Shown here one piece after another: positions 15,768-25,544 of a DNA stretch of 64,000 bases. The notes beneath the pieces were generated by a model. It did not search any database and had not been told where the DNA came from. It worked only from the letters and a program-made list of their open reading frames with translations. This stretch comes from Phycisphaerae bacterium (lineage in GTDB: Bacteria > Planctomycetota > Phycisphaerae > Sedimentisphaerales > Anaerobacaceae). Numbering within the stretch: the stretch's first letter is position 1; each line of letters starts with the position of its first letter. Position numbers and translations under genes: made by a program. The stretch spans positions 38,454-102,453 of the forward strand of contig JAGOLX010000015.1 in the NCBI GenBank assembly GCA_017993835.1. The letters run 5' to 3'.

Positions 15768-17821
15768 GTTTCCTGGCATGGACATTTCTGTTCGGAGCGG
15801 CCGCGGTGGTCGGGCCGATCGTGGCTCACATGCTGGCGAAGCCCCGTTTTCGACGGGTGCCCTTCACGATGGTGCAGCTCCTCCGTGCGGGACGGCACGA
15901 GAGCCACTCGCGACGGAAGATCCGCGACCTGCTGGTCCTGTTGCTGCGTTGCGCGATCATCGTTCTGATCGCTGTGTTGTTCGCACAGCCTGTGCTGAGA
16001 GTGAAGGCGCCGCCTTCGCAGCGCAAGTCGATCTACTGCCTCGGTCTGGACGATTCGGCGTCCATGGCGTATGAGGAAGGCGGGTCGAGCCTGTTCGAGC
16101 GGATGGTCGAGAGGGCGGTGGATGCCGTCCGGGAAGCACCGGACGATGCGGTGTTCACGATCTATGGACTAGCCTCCGGCGCGCTGGCCGAAGGGCTCAG
16201 CCGCAACCAGGTCCTTGCGGAGATCAAGCGTCTGGCTGTGACGCCCAGACGCGCCCATGCCGCGGATTTCGTGCAGGTTCTCAGGCAGGCGAGCCAGGCC
16301 GTGTCGCCCGGCGACGCCATCTCCGCAGTCGTTCTCAGCGACCTTACGCCGGAGGTCCTTCGCGACTTCGAACGAGTGCAAGAGCCCGCGGCCATCGCGT
16401 CACTATCCTATGAGATTATCGCACCGACCGAGTCTGTGAACAATGCCGCTGTCGTGGAGGCCCGTGCAATAGACGCGGCGAACAACAGGCTCGACGTCGA
16501 TGTCGTCGTCGCCAATCATGGCGACGTCGCGCAGCGCCGCAAGCTGACGATGAACAGCCGCGACCGATTGCCTGTCTCGACCGATGTGGCCCTCGCGGCG
16601 GGCCAGAGCCGGGTGGTGCGGATGCAGATGGACCTCGGACCCGCGGCCCAGGGCGCCGTGGAGGGCTGTCTGCCGATGGAACTGAGCCTTGAACCGGGCG
16701 ACGGTCTTGCGGCGGACGATGTCCACCGCGTCGGCATCTGCATCCCACCGGCGGCATCCGCCAAGGTGCTCGTTGTCCACCAGGGCGACGAAGCGTTTCT
16801 CTTCGAAACGGCCATCCAAGCCCTCGCAGGTCAAGGCCCGTCCGGCACGCTGGCTCTCCGCAAAGTCACAGCAGATCGGCTTGCCGCTGAGGATCTCGCG
16901 TGGGCCAATGTGGTCGTGTTCTCCTCGCTGCCCACGGATTTCACCTGCCCGGTGGCACCGCTCAAGACTCTCTTGGCCCGCGGCGGCCGGCTCGTTTTCT
17001 TCGCCACCCGACTCGGCAACCTGCAAGTTGCCGAGCTTCTACTGCGGGAAGGTCTGTTGGCGGCACTCCCGCAGAAGTGGGTCCAGGGAACCACGTATCC
17101 TGAGCCGCTGCCCGTTGCCGGCGGAGGAGTCTCGCTGGGCGAGGAAGTGACCAAGGCCCTGTCGAACTATCGGTTCGACAAGATCGCCCTGAAGGGTCAC
17201 TGGCAGTGCCGGGTCCCGACGGAAAGCGAATGCCCTTGGCGCCTCTCCGACGGACCGGGATTCCTCTACAGTCGTTCCTCGAAAGCGGGCTCCACGATCC
17301 TCGTGAACACGAGCATCGACAGCTCGCTGGGACTCCTGCCGAAGTCCGGCGCCTGGGTGGCCTTCTGCCGGTTCCTGCTGGGCGAGTCGGATCGGATCCG
17401 CCAGTTTTGTTTTGGTGTTGAGGAACGACCGGTGCTGACTCTGCCGGAGGCGATGCAGACGAAGGCGCGGACCGTCGTGCCGGTTCTAGCCTGCGACGGG
17501 AGTCGGACGCAGGCGGTCGTTGACGGGACACGCATGGTCTTGCCCAGGCCGCAGACGACAGGCTGGATGAAGACGCTAGGCGAGCAAGTGGTCCACGCCG
17601 GCGTCAATCTGGACCCGGGCGAGACGGACCTGGCAAGACCGGCAGCGCAGGCGATTGCGGACGCGATGACGCGAGTGTTCGTGACGGGCGCCGATCCGGC
17701 GCAGATGCCCGCTCGTGCGGGCCCTGCGATGCAGAGCAAGCCCCTCTGGAAGGCATTCGCCTGGGCGGCGGTTCTGCTGTTGCTCCTGGAGCCAGCGATT
17801 ACGAACAGGCTGAGACGATGA
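15764..17821 (+). CDS. BatA-like membrane protein (N-terminal double-TM domain + vWA-like MIDAS)
   Basis: GTG start overlaps the DUF58 stop (GTGA). N-terminus FLAWTFLFGAAAVVGPIVAHMLAKPRFRRVPFTMVQLL matches the aerotolerance BatA N-terminal pattern. MIDAS DDSAS. C-terminal TM helix. Confidence 0.8.
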   Translation: MSFLAWTFLFGAAAVVGPIVAHMLAKPRFRRVPFTMVQLLRAGRHESHSRRKIRDLLVLLLRCAIIVLIAVLFAQPVLRVKAPPSQRKSIYCLGLDDSASMAYEEGGSSLFERMVERAVDAVREAPDDAVFTIYGLASGALAEGLSRNQVLAEIKRLAVTPRRAHAADFVQVLRQASQAVSPGDAISAVVLSDLTPEVLRDFERVQEPAAIASLSYEIIAPTESVNNAAVVEARAIDAANNRLDVDVVVANHGDVAQRRKLTMNSRDRLPVSTDVALAAGQSRVVRMQMDLGPAAQGAVEGCLPMELSLEPGDGLAADDVHRVGICIPPAASAKVLVVHQGDEAFLFETAIQALAGQGPSGTLALRKVTADRLAAEDLAWANVVVFSSLPTDFTCPVAPLKTLLARGGRLVFFATRLGNLQVAELLLREGLLAALPQKWVQGTTYPEPLPVAGGGVSLGEEVTKALSNYRFDKIALKGHWQCRVPTESECPWRLSDGPGFLYSRSSKAGSTILVNTSIDSSLGLLPKSGAWVAFCRFLLGESDRIRQFCFGVEERPVLTLPEAMQTKARTVVPVLACDGSRTQAVVDGTRMVLPRPQTTGWMKTLGEQVVHAGVNLDPGETDLARPAAQAIADAMTRVFVTGADPAQMPARAGPAMQSKPLWKAFAWAAVLLLLLEPAITNRLRR

Positions 17822-17833
17822 GAGTGTCCGACG

Positions 17834-20800
17834 ATGACCATCAGTGTTGACGACATTCTGGAGAAGCTGATTGCCCGCGTGGGACGCGTGCGACGGTGGT
17901 TGTTGGCCCTCAGCGCGCTGCGGATCGCGGCGATGGGCGTCGCCTGCGTGTCCGCGTACATCGGTCTGTATGCCTGGCTCGATCACCAGGTCCATTTCGA
18001 CACGCTCGGCCGGGTCGCGTCGTTGGCGTTGTTCGTGGCGATGATCGCCGTCGGCCTGTATTGTGTCGTCCGCGTGGTGCGCCGGGACATGACCTACGCC
18101 CGCGCCGCCAACTACATCGAGGGCAAACACAGCTTCGATCAGCAGCTTGTCGCGGCCGTCGAGTACTACGAGGGCAAGGGCGACTATCCCTATTCCAGGG
18201 TCCTTGCGGGCCAGCTCGTCCGGCAGGTGGACCGGGCGGCTCAGGGTTATCGCTTCGATTCGACGGTTGAACGCTGGCAAGGCTATCTGCTCGCGGTGGT
18301 CGTCCTGTTGGGCGTGTGCGTCGTCGGGTTCTTCGTCCATCAGAATGTGCTCTACCTGTCCTCCTATCTGGCCCGGCTGGTCCGTCCGTTTTCCGCGGTC
18401 GAGCCTGTGCCGGCGACCGTGCTGTCCTCTGCGGCACAGGACCTCGTCGCCGGGGTGGACGCGCCGGTGAAGTTCGATGTCGAAGTGCAGGGTCGCGAGC
18501 CTGAGTCGGTCGATCTCGTCCTGACGCAGAGGGACCCGAACGACGCGAACCAGCCTCCGCGGGAGGTCGAGCGGATCACGATGAACCGCTTGACCGATGC
18601 TGACGGCGCGACACGGTTCACCGCGACGAAGTCCTTCGACGCCACGGCGCAATTCGAGTACCGTTTCGAAACCGGCAACGTCCGTTCCGACTCCCACGGA
18701 ATCCGGGTGTGCGAGACGCCCTCGATCGAGCGTGTCACGGCCAAGGTGTTTCCGCCTGTCGAGGAGGGCCTGCCGCCGGTGCCGCCGTACGAACAGGAGG
18801 TGACCGACCAGCCGCTGGCGGTGTTGCCCCACAGCCGCGTGGAGTTCCAGGCGCAGGCGTCCATGCCGATGCGCGAGGCCGTCGTGGTCGGGCCGGACGG
18901 GCAGGCCAAGACCCAATCGCTCGACGGCGCCGAGCACTTCGGCTTCGAAATGACGGCTGACCAGTCTTCGTCGATCCAGCTCAGCGGGACCAGCACGGAC
19001 GGTCTGACGAGCGCCGACGCGAAAGAAGTGAAGGTCGTTCTGAAGTCGGATAAGCCGCCGCAGTTCAAGCTGGTCTCGCCCGAGGGGGACTACCTGACGA
19101 CGGATGTCGCCAGCGTCCCGATCACGTTCGAGGTGACAGACGATTTCGGGCTGGATGATGCCAAATTGGTCTGCGAATTCCCGGGCGCCGAGCCCGTCGT
19201 GATCGCGTCCGCGTCGCCCGCCGGGGCCAGGCAGTGCTCGTTGACCTGTGTCCTCGAGCTGGAACAGTACGATCTGCACGTCGGCGACGGCATTCTCTTC
19301 CATGCGACGGCGCGGGACGTTCGCACAGGCCGCCAGCGAACCGATCCGAACGGGTGCAGCGAGATCTATTTCATCGAGATCCGCCCGTATCGGCAGTACT
19401 GGCACGTGCAGGCGGGCGGCAAGTCGCAGAGCCCCATGCCCATGCCCACCGCGGAGGACCTCATCACGATCCTGGAATACACGCGGGCGATTGTGAAGAA
19501 GACCTGGACGCTGGCCCGCTCGCCGGGAACGGCTGCGGAGGATCGTCCAAAGCTGGGCGCCCTGGCGAACGACGTGCAGTACTGTGGAGAGAAGCTGGCC
19601 AAGATCCGCGACGATCCGGAGGCCGGATTCGCCGAGGGCGACAAGGCCGTGATGAACGAGATCCTGAAGCTCTACGAGCAGGCCAAAGGACATCTCGACG
19701 ACCACGATGCGAAGGGCGCCCTGCCATCCGCAGAGGAAGCCTATCGCGTCCTGCGCATGTTCATCGACGAGCTGAATCTGAAGTGGAGTCCGCCGGATGA
19801 TGCGCCGAGCGCGCCGGAGGAGAAACCCGAGCGGATCAAGCTCCAGGAGCAGCCGCAGGAGCCCACGATGGAGAAAGAGCGGATCGAGAGCCGGCTCAGA
19901 GAGATCGAGCAGCAAATCGACTCGCTCGCACGCCAGCAGGAGTCGCTCAAGAGCGACGCCGCCAAGGCACTCCAGCAGAACCAGGAGGCGAAAGCGACCA
20001 GGCAGTCCGCCGGGAAGGCCCAGGCCGCGACGAAGGGCAGCCAGGGCAAGGGACAGGAAGCCGCCCAGGCATCGCAACAGCAGGGCGGCTCTCCGGGCTC
20101 CAGTGACTCCGGCGAGAAGAACCAGCAGTCCAACGACGCCCAAGCCGGGCAATCGCAAGAGGAGTCCACATCCGACCGGCAGAGGCAGTCGGGCGAGCAG
20201 CAGGGCCAGCAATCCACATCCGGCCAGAGCGGAGAGTCGGGCAAGCCGCAGAGTGGACAGTCCGGCCAGGGACAGCAGGGCGGCAAGCCCGTCAGTGGTC
20301 AAGATAATCAACCAGACGGTGGCCAAGATAGTCAGGCCGGCAATGGGCAAGGCCGTCAACCCGGCAGCGGACGAAGCAACCGGTCCGGCCCAGGGCGATC
20401 TCCCCAGGGGCAACCCTCCTCCGATCCCGGGGAAGAACCCGGATGGGCATCCGCCCAGACGGATACACGGATGCGCATGCTCCAGGCCAAACAGAAGGCC
20501 CTGCGGGAGCAGGCGACCGGGTTGAGCGAACAAGTGGGCGAGTTGTCCGCATCGGAGCAGTCGCCTTCCGGGGGCGCAAGCCAGCAGGCGAGAGAGCATC
20601 TGGATCAGGCCGCCGAGGCGATGAAGCGGTTCGAGGAGCGCATCGCGGACGCCCGGTACGAAGCTGCGGACTCCGTCCGGGCGGCCGACATGGCGGATCT
20701 GGCGGACTCGGCGTCTCGCCAACTGGCCGAGGCCGGCCGGGCCATCCAACGCGGGCTTTCCGACCAAGGCCGAGATTCATCGGACAAAGCGAGGGAGATG

Positions 20801-21166
20801 GCGGAGCAACTCGCCGAGGACGCCCAGGCATACGATGAATCGCTCAGCGAGGCCGACAAGCAGGCGATGCAGGATCGTCTGAAGGCGGCCGAGCGCCTGC
20901 TCGAGAGCATGGCCAGGGCGCATCAGTCGACCGTATCCCGAGGCGGTGGGCCGGGCGCGGGACACGTCTACACGACGGACCCGCACACGAGCGCCGCCGA
21001 CACCGCCAGGCTCCTGGCCCGGCAGTTCTGGTCCATGGCGCTGGAGGCGAAGAAACGCCGGAGCCGACCCGTCGAAGAAGACGCCCACGACATCGAGTTC
21101 TTCGAGGAGGAGAACCAGTTCTTCGAACAGGCCGCACGGTTTGGATCGGGAGGCGCCGGGCGATGA
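17834..21166 (+). CDS. 1110-aa membrane protein (DUF4175-like, uncertain) with a Q/G/S-rich disordered region and coiled-coil C-terminus
   Basis: Three predicted N-terminal TM helices, a beta-rich middle part, a low-complexity tract at 19970-20450 and a helical C-terminus. Same strand and tight spacing within the MoxR operon. The antisense 1063-aa ORF is rejected. Confidence 0.75.
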   Translation: MTISVDDILEKLIARVGRVRRWLLALSALRIAAMGVACVSAYIGLYAWLDHQVHFDTLGRVASLALFVAMIAVGLYCVVRVVRRDMTYARAANYIEGKHSFDQQLVAAVEYYEGKGDYPYSRVLAGQLVRQVDRAAQGYRFDSTVERWQGYLLAVVVLLGVCVVGFFVHQNVLYLSSYLARLVRPFSAVEPVPATVLSSAAQDLVAGVDAPVKFDVEVQGREPESVDLVLTQRDPNDANQPPREVERITMNRLTDADGATRFTATKSFDATAQFEYRFETGNVRSDSHGIRVCETPSIERVTAKVFPPVEEGLPPVPPYEQEVTDQPLAVLPHSRVEFQAQASMPMREAVVVGPDGQAKTQSLDGAEHFGFEMTADQSSSIQLSGTSTDGLTSADAKEVKVVLKSDKPPQFKLVSPEGDYLTTDVASVPITFEVTDDFGLDDAKLVCEFPGAEPVVIASASPAGARQCSLTCVLELEQYDLHVGDGILFHATARDVRTGRQRTDPNGCSEIYFIEIRPYRQYWHVQAGGKSQSPMPMPTAEDLITILEYTRAIVKKTWTLARSPGTAAEDRPKLGALANDVQYCGEKLAKIRDDPEAGFAEGDKAVMNEILKLYEQAKGHLDDHDAKGALPSAEEAYRVLRMFIDELNLKWSPPDDAPSAPEEKPERIKLQEQPQEPTMEKERIESRLREIEQQIDSLARQQESLKSDAAKALQQNQEAKATRQSAGKAQAATKGSQGKGQEAAQASQQQGGSPGSSDSGEKNQQSNDAQAGQSQEESTSDRQRQSGEQQGQQSTSGQSGESGKPQSGQSGQGQQGGKPVSGQDNQPDGGQDSQAGNGQGRQPGSGRSNRSGPGRSPQGQPSSDPGEEPGWASAQTDTRMRMLQAKQKALREQATGLSEQVGELSASEQSPSGGASQQAREHLDQAAEAMKRFEERIADARYEAADSVRAADMADLADSASRQLAEAGRAIQRGLSDQGRDSSDKAREMAEQLAEDAQAYDESLSEADKQAMQDRLKAAERLLESMARAHQSTVSRGGGPGAGHVYTTDPHTSAADTARLLARQFWSMALEAKKRRSRPVEEDAHDIEFFEEENQFFEQAARFGSGGAGR

Positions 21167-23352
21167 TCTTCACGGAGTATCCCGGACATCTCGTTGCTCT
21201 GGTCCTGGTGACCGTGTCGCTGGCGGTTCTCGCTCTGGCGTTTCGCACGGACCAGTTGGCAGCTCCGCAACGTCGCGGGTATCGCTGGCTCCTGGCTGCG
21301 CTGCATTGTGTCGCGGTCCTGCTGTTGCTCGTGATCCTGTGGAACCCGTCGGTGCGGCGTCAGAAGGAGGTCTTCGGAAGGAATGCCGTCCTGACCGTCT
21401 TCGACACGAGCGAAAGCATGTCCATCGCCGACGACGGCCGTACGACTCGATTGGACAAGTCGCTCGCGAAATTCGCCGAGTGTTTCGATGCGACAGGCCG
21501 GACAGGGCCGGAATACCGCATCCACGGCCTCGACGCGAGCGTCTACCACTGTGGCTCGGCCAGTCTGCTTCGGCGCTGGGGTCGCCAGAGCAGTCTGCAC
21601 GAGGCGATCTCGCTGATCGCGGATTCCACCGCGTCTGGCGAATCAGCTGCCGCGCAGGACGCGGTCGCGGGCGCTGTGATTTTCACGGACGGGCGTGCCG
21701 ACGACCGGGATGTGCGGCGCTACCTGCCGATCCAGGGAGACGATATGCCCGTCCTGATCGTCGGGGTGGGGAGTCGCACGGCCAGACCGGATCTGGCAAT
21801 CAAGGCGCTCTCCGGCCCAGCGATCACCTGGGCTGATACACCGTATGAAACAGCCGCGGTCGTCGCCGCCGGCATCCTGCCGACCGGTCCGGTGACGCTC
21901 GAACTGGTCTGGGACGGCAAGGCGATCCAGACGGTGCAAATCCCTCCGGCACAGTTCCATCGCACCGACTCCGGGCTGGCTGAGGCACTCGTCGAGCTGG
22001 CGGGCCCCGCCGGACCACTGGGGACGCACGTGCTCACCGTTCGTGCCAAGCCCCTTCGCGGCGAGATCAACCTCGCGAACAACTCCCGCAGCGCGTCGGT
22101 CGAGGTGACGCAGGAGCGGTCGCTGAGGGTCCTGCTGTATACACAGTGGGCGACGTTCGACACTGGCAAGCTCCGCCAGGCGCTGGCTTGGGACAAACGG
22201 ATACGCCTGGATTTCGCGTTCGACGTGATCCAGGACAGGCCGATCGCGGGCCGGACGGCGATTGACCTGGGGTACGCGGTGCTGCCCCAAGCGAGAGAGG
22301 GATTCCATGAGTACGACGTCATCATCCTGGGTCCCTGCGACGTCCGCGGCCTGACAGCGGCCCAATGGGACGGCTTGTACAGCTTCGTCACGGAGCGGGG
22401 GGGCGGACTGCTCCTCCTGGCGGGCCGGGCCGTGGCGTCCCTGGCAAACGGGGGCGACGAGCGGGCTCGGACGCTCCTGCCCGCTGTGTTCGGTCGAGAC
22501 GACCCGCGGTTGTGGCCGCCCGCCCGTGATGCAATCCACGCTTCGTTCGAGGCGCAGGTCGGCCGGCTCTTCGATCCGAACGCCTTTGCGGACCCGCGTC
22601 ACAAGATCTCGCCGTACTACGGGATTGCCAACGCCAAACCTGCGAGCACAGCGCTTGCCACGGCTGGCGAAACACCGATCCTCCTGACACACCGGGTCGG
22701 CCGCGGCCGGGTGTGTCTGCTGAACGCCTCGAAGCTGTTCACCCTGTATCGCGCAGACCTTCAGGGCGGCGCGCTGGCCGAGATGATCTGTGGCCTGGTC
22801 GCCTACCTCGGACGAACGCCCGCGCGGGGTGCGGGCATCGAACTGTTCGCCGAACGGGCGAGCGAAGACCCCACGAGTGTCGTGTTCAACGCCTATGTTG
22901 TGGACAGGACGTTCCGGCCGGCAGGGGGGGCAAATGTGCTCCTGACCGCCGGGGAGCGCGTGGTGAGCATGGAGCCGACCGCCCCCGGGTACTATCGCGC
23001 GACCTTGGACTGGGGGACCGCACAGTCCATGGTCGCGACCGCGCAGGCGGAACTGAACGGTACCTTCCTCGGCGAACGGACTCTGGCAGCGAACCTGCCT
23101 CCCGTGCGGGACGAGATGTCGTGCGTCGATCTGGACGAGCCGTTTCTGCGGGCGCTGGCCGAGCGGGTCAACGCCCGGTACGTATACATCGACGACCTGG
23201 AGCAGAAGGACGCGAAGCTCTTTGTCCCCAGGCGTCAGACAGGCGTCCAGGAGACCGTCACCCGCATCTGGCCCAGGTGGTCTGTGCTGGTGGCCTTGTG
23301 CGCGATGCTCTCCGCGGGCTGGTTCATCCGCCGGGCGATAGGACTTGTTTGA
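21163..23352 (+). CDS. membrane-anchored vWA/MIDAS protein with a class-I glutamine-amidotransferase-like middle domain
   Basis: ATGA overlap with the upstream gene. Two N-terminal TM helices. MIDAS DTSES. YDVIILGPCDVRGLTAAQWDGLYSFVTERGGGLLLLAG. C-terminal TM WSVLVALCAMLSAGWFI. Confidence 0.75.
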   Translation: MIFTEYPGHLVALVLVTVSLAVLALAFRTDQLAAPQRRGYRWLLAALHCVAVLLLLVILWNPSVRRQKEVFGRNAVLTVFDTSESMSIADDGRTTRLDKSLAKFAECFDATGRTGPEYRIHGLDASVYHCGSASLLRRWGRQSSLHEAISLIADSTASGESAAAQDAVAGAVIFTDGRADDRDVRRYLPIQGDDMPVLIVGVGSRTARPDLAIKALSGPAITWADTPYETAAVVAAGILPTGPVTLELVWDGKAIQTVQIPPAQFHRTDSGLAEALVELAGPAGPLGTHVLTVRAKPLRGEINLANNSRSASVEVTQERSLRVLLYTQWATFDTGKLRQALAWDKRIRLDFAFDVIQDRPIAGRTAIDLGYAVLPQAREGFHEYDVIILGPCDVRGLTAAQWDGLYSFVTERGGGLLLLAGRAVASLANGGDERARTLLPAVFGRDDPRLWPPARDAIHASFEAQVGRLFDPNAFADPRHKISPYYGIANAKPASTALATAGETPILLTHRVGRGRVCLLNASKLFTLYRADLQGGALAEMICGLVAYLGRTPARGAGIELFAERASEDPTSVVFNAYVVDRTFRPAGGANVLLTAGERVVSMEPTAPGYYRATLDWGTAQSMVATAQAELNGTFLGERTLAANLPPVRDEMSCVDLDEPFLRALAERVNARYVYIDDLEQKDAKLFVPRRQTGVQETVTRIWPRWSVLVALCAMLSAGWFIRRAIGLV

Positions 23353-23360
23353 GAGGCTGT

Positions 23361-24176
23361 ATGATTGTCAGGATTGCTGCTGTGGTCGTTTCGATGGGGT
23401 TCATCGCGGCGGGAGCCCTTGCATCAGAGGTTCCGCCTCGCGGGGACACGTATGCGCTGATCGTCAGCGGCATCGGCAAGGATCCCGAGTGCCGCCAGGC
23501 CCGCGACCAAGTTGTGCGGGATTTCTCCGCGTACCTTCTGGAGAAGGCGTCGGTCAAGCCGACCCGGCTGACCGTGCTCGTCCCCGACGCGAACGCCGCA
23601 CGGATCTCGACCGCGGACAGGATTGTCGAGACGATCCGCGCGTACGCCTCCGCGATGACGGAGGCAGACCGGCTGGTCTTCTATTACGTTGGGCAAGCAA
23701 ACGCTGTCGGCGGCTCGCTGCGGTTCAATCTCCCCGGTCCGGACGTCACGCACGAGGAGTTGGCCAAGTGGCTCGCAGGGATTAAAGCGGACAGTCAACT
23801 CGCCGTTCTTGACTGTCCCTATGCGGCGGTCGCGGCCAAGGCCCTTGCCCGTCCGGGCAGGGCGGTCGTCCTGGCCTCGACCGAAGAGCAGGCGTGCGCC
23901 CCGCGGTTTGGACTGCACTTCGTGCCGGCCCTGGCGCGGGCCGAGAGCGACACCGATCACAGCGGGAGCGTCTCTGTGCTCGAAGCCTTTGCCGTCGCCG
24001 CACGCGAGATCGAACGGTGGTACCAGGACAGGCAGTTGTTGCCCACGGAGACCCCCGGCATAGACGACAATGGCGACGGTCGGCCCAGCGAGCGGCCCTG
24101 GCACCACGAGCAGGATGGCGGGGACGGCCGATGGGCTGCCGGCCTGGTCCTGACCTCCACGCGAGGGGGAACATGA
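23361..24176 (+). CDS. secreted caspase/legumain-fold-like protein (catalytic His apparently absent)
   Basis: ATG at 23361 after GAGAGG; the ORF-track start at 22713 overlaps the previous gene and is rejected. Signal peptide. Order YALIVSG...DRLVFYYVGQANAVGG...QLAVLDCPYA resembles caspase-fold His and Cys strands, with Gln in place of His. Fold assignment is tentative. Confidence 0.5.
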   Translation: MIVRIAAVVVSMGFIAAGALASEVPPRGDTYALIVSGIGKDPECRQARDQVVRDFSAYLLEKASVKPTRLTVLVPDANAARISTADRIVETIRAYASAMTEADRLVFYYVGQANAVGGSLRFNLPGPDVTHEELAKWLAGIKADSQLAVLDCPYAAVAAKALARPGRAVVLASTEEQACAPRFGLHFVPALARAESDTDHSGSVSVLEAFAVAAREIERWYQDRQLLPTETPGIDDNGDGRPSERPWHHEQDGGDGRWAAGLVLTSTRGGT

Positions 24177-25054
24177 TGCGCCATCACGTGAACAGACGGG
24201 ACTTCTTGAAGCTCGCAGGTGGCGCACTCGTCGGCGCCGCGACGGCGGGCGCCTCACGACACGACCGGCCGCCGGTGGAGTCTGTCTCCGGCCGGGAGAA
24301 CACCCCATATGACCCGAGCGCACAGGGCGAGCCCACCGATCTCGACGAGTATGACTTCATCCTGCCCAGGGTCCGCGTGGTCGAGCTGCCGTTCAAGGGC
24401 CGGGGCAAGGGACCCGATGTCTGGAACGTTCGTCCCGGCGCCGACGCCAACCTGCTCCGCGAGCTGAGTCGTGTCGTCCGTTGCCGGACCAAGCCCATCC
24501 AGGGCGCGATCGACTGGCAGCCGAACTACGCCGCGGAGGGCCAGCTCAACGCCGTCGTGACCTTCGACGACCCCGAGCGGCTCCGCCACTATCCCTTCCT
24601 CTTCATGACGGGCGAGAACCACTTCGAGTTCACCTCCGACCAGAAGGGCAACGTGAAGGACTTTCTCAACGCCGGCGGGTTCATCCTGATGGACGACTGC
24701 GTGGTGGCCTCCGGCGGCGACTTCTTCTACACAAGCTGCTTCCTGCTCCTGGAGGGGCTGTTCGGCCAAGGCAGCGTCCGGATGATCCCCCGCGAGCACG
24801 AGGTCTTCCACAACGTCTTCGACCTCGGCGACACCGGCCTGCCCTATCTCCAACATGCCATGGGACTTGGGCACCACGGCCAGAATCACGGTGCTCGAGG
24901 GCTCTTCCTCGGCGACCGGCTGGCGGTGTTTCTGAGTTCCACGGACCTCCATTGCGGCTGGTGCGACAGCCACGGCATCGAATGGACCCCCGACGGCTAT
25001 CGCAAGAGCATCCAAATGGGCATCAACATCATCACGTACGCCCTGTCGCACTGA
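24173..25054 (+). CDS. Tat-signal DUF4159 protein
   Basis: ATGA overlap with the upstream gene. Twin-arginine motif NRRDFLKLAGGALVGAATAGA. YPFLFMTGENHFEFTSDQKGNVKDFLNAGGFILMDDC is the DUF4159 signature as I remember it. Confidence 0.8.
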   Translation: MMRHHVNRRDFLKLAGGALVGAATAGASRHDRPPVESVSGRENTPYDPSAQGEPTDLDEYDFILPRVRVVELPFKGRGKGPDVWNVRPGADANLLRELSRVVRCRTKPIQGAIDWQPNYAAEGQLNAVVTFDDPERLRHYPFLFMTGENHFEFTSDQKGNVKDFLNAGGFILMDDCVVASGGDFFYTSCFLLLEGLFGQGSVRMIPREHEVFHNVFDLGDTGLPYLQHAMGLGHHGQNHGARGLFLGDRLAVFLSSTDLHCGWCDSHGIEWTPDGYRKSIQMGINIITYALSH

Positions 25055-25544
25055 GCGGCGTGCGGAACAACTGAGAAGGGGGCCGTCGGGCCGGGTCCGC
25101 CAGATTAACGAACTTTTCACGCCCCGCCAATCGGCTGCGAACAGGGACCTGGTAGAAAGCTGAAACGTGACCCGGAGCCGGCCGCACGTCGCGGTCCGAG
25201 ATCTGAATCTTGCCGCGGAGGACATTCTCTCTTGAAATGTCCGTGCAAATGTGGTAAACCCAGGATATAGAGGTGTGTGTGATTCGTGCTTTCGGTTGGT
25301 TTCTGACCGACATTTCTGCGGTCCCAGGACGTGTGGAGATGAACAGGAGTTCCGCCATAGGCGTGAGCGTGTGCTCTATTCCCATCGGTATTGCTCTGGT
25401 TCTGCGCTGCGTTTTCCTACGCCGTGCGGGGGGAAGGAGGTGAAAGCCAGTCCCGGAAAGAGTCTGCCATCGTAGTGCGGCGGGTGGAGCGTAGACCCTC
25501 TGCCGCAGGATCGTATCAAGACCGGATTAGAAGGAGGATGACTC

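Noticed and set aside
17576-20767. 1063-aa ORF on the minus strand opposite the 1110-aa MoxR-operon gene
   Set aside because: Its composition is extreme (Leu/Arg/Gly/Pro-rich) with no domain-like segments. It is exactly antisense to a gene with TM helices, structured domains and operon coupling. It is a typical stop-poor shadow frame in high-GC DNA.
25055-25544. Possible riboswitch or sRNA in the 490-bp region upstream of the secreted-protein gene at 25545
   Set aside because: Only a weak promoter match was found (TTGAAA-N17-TAAACC at 25232-25260). I could not recognise any known riboswitch core (no B12 box, or SAM, TPP, glycine or c-di-GMP motifs). I leave it as an unexplained long leader rather than calling a feature.
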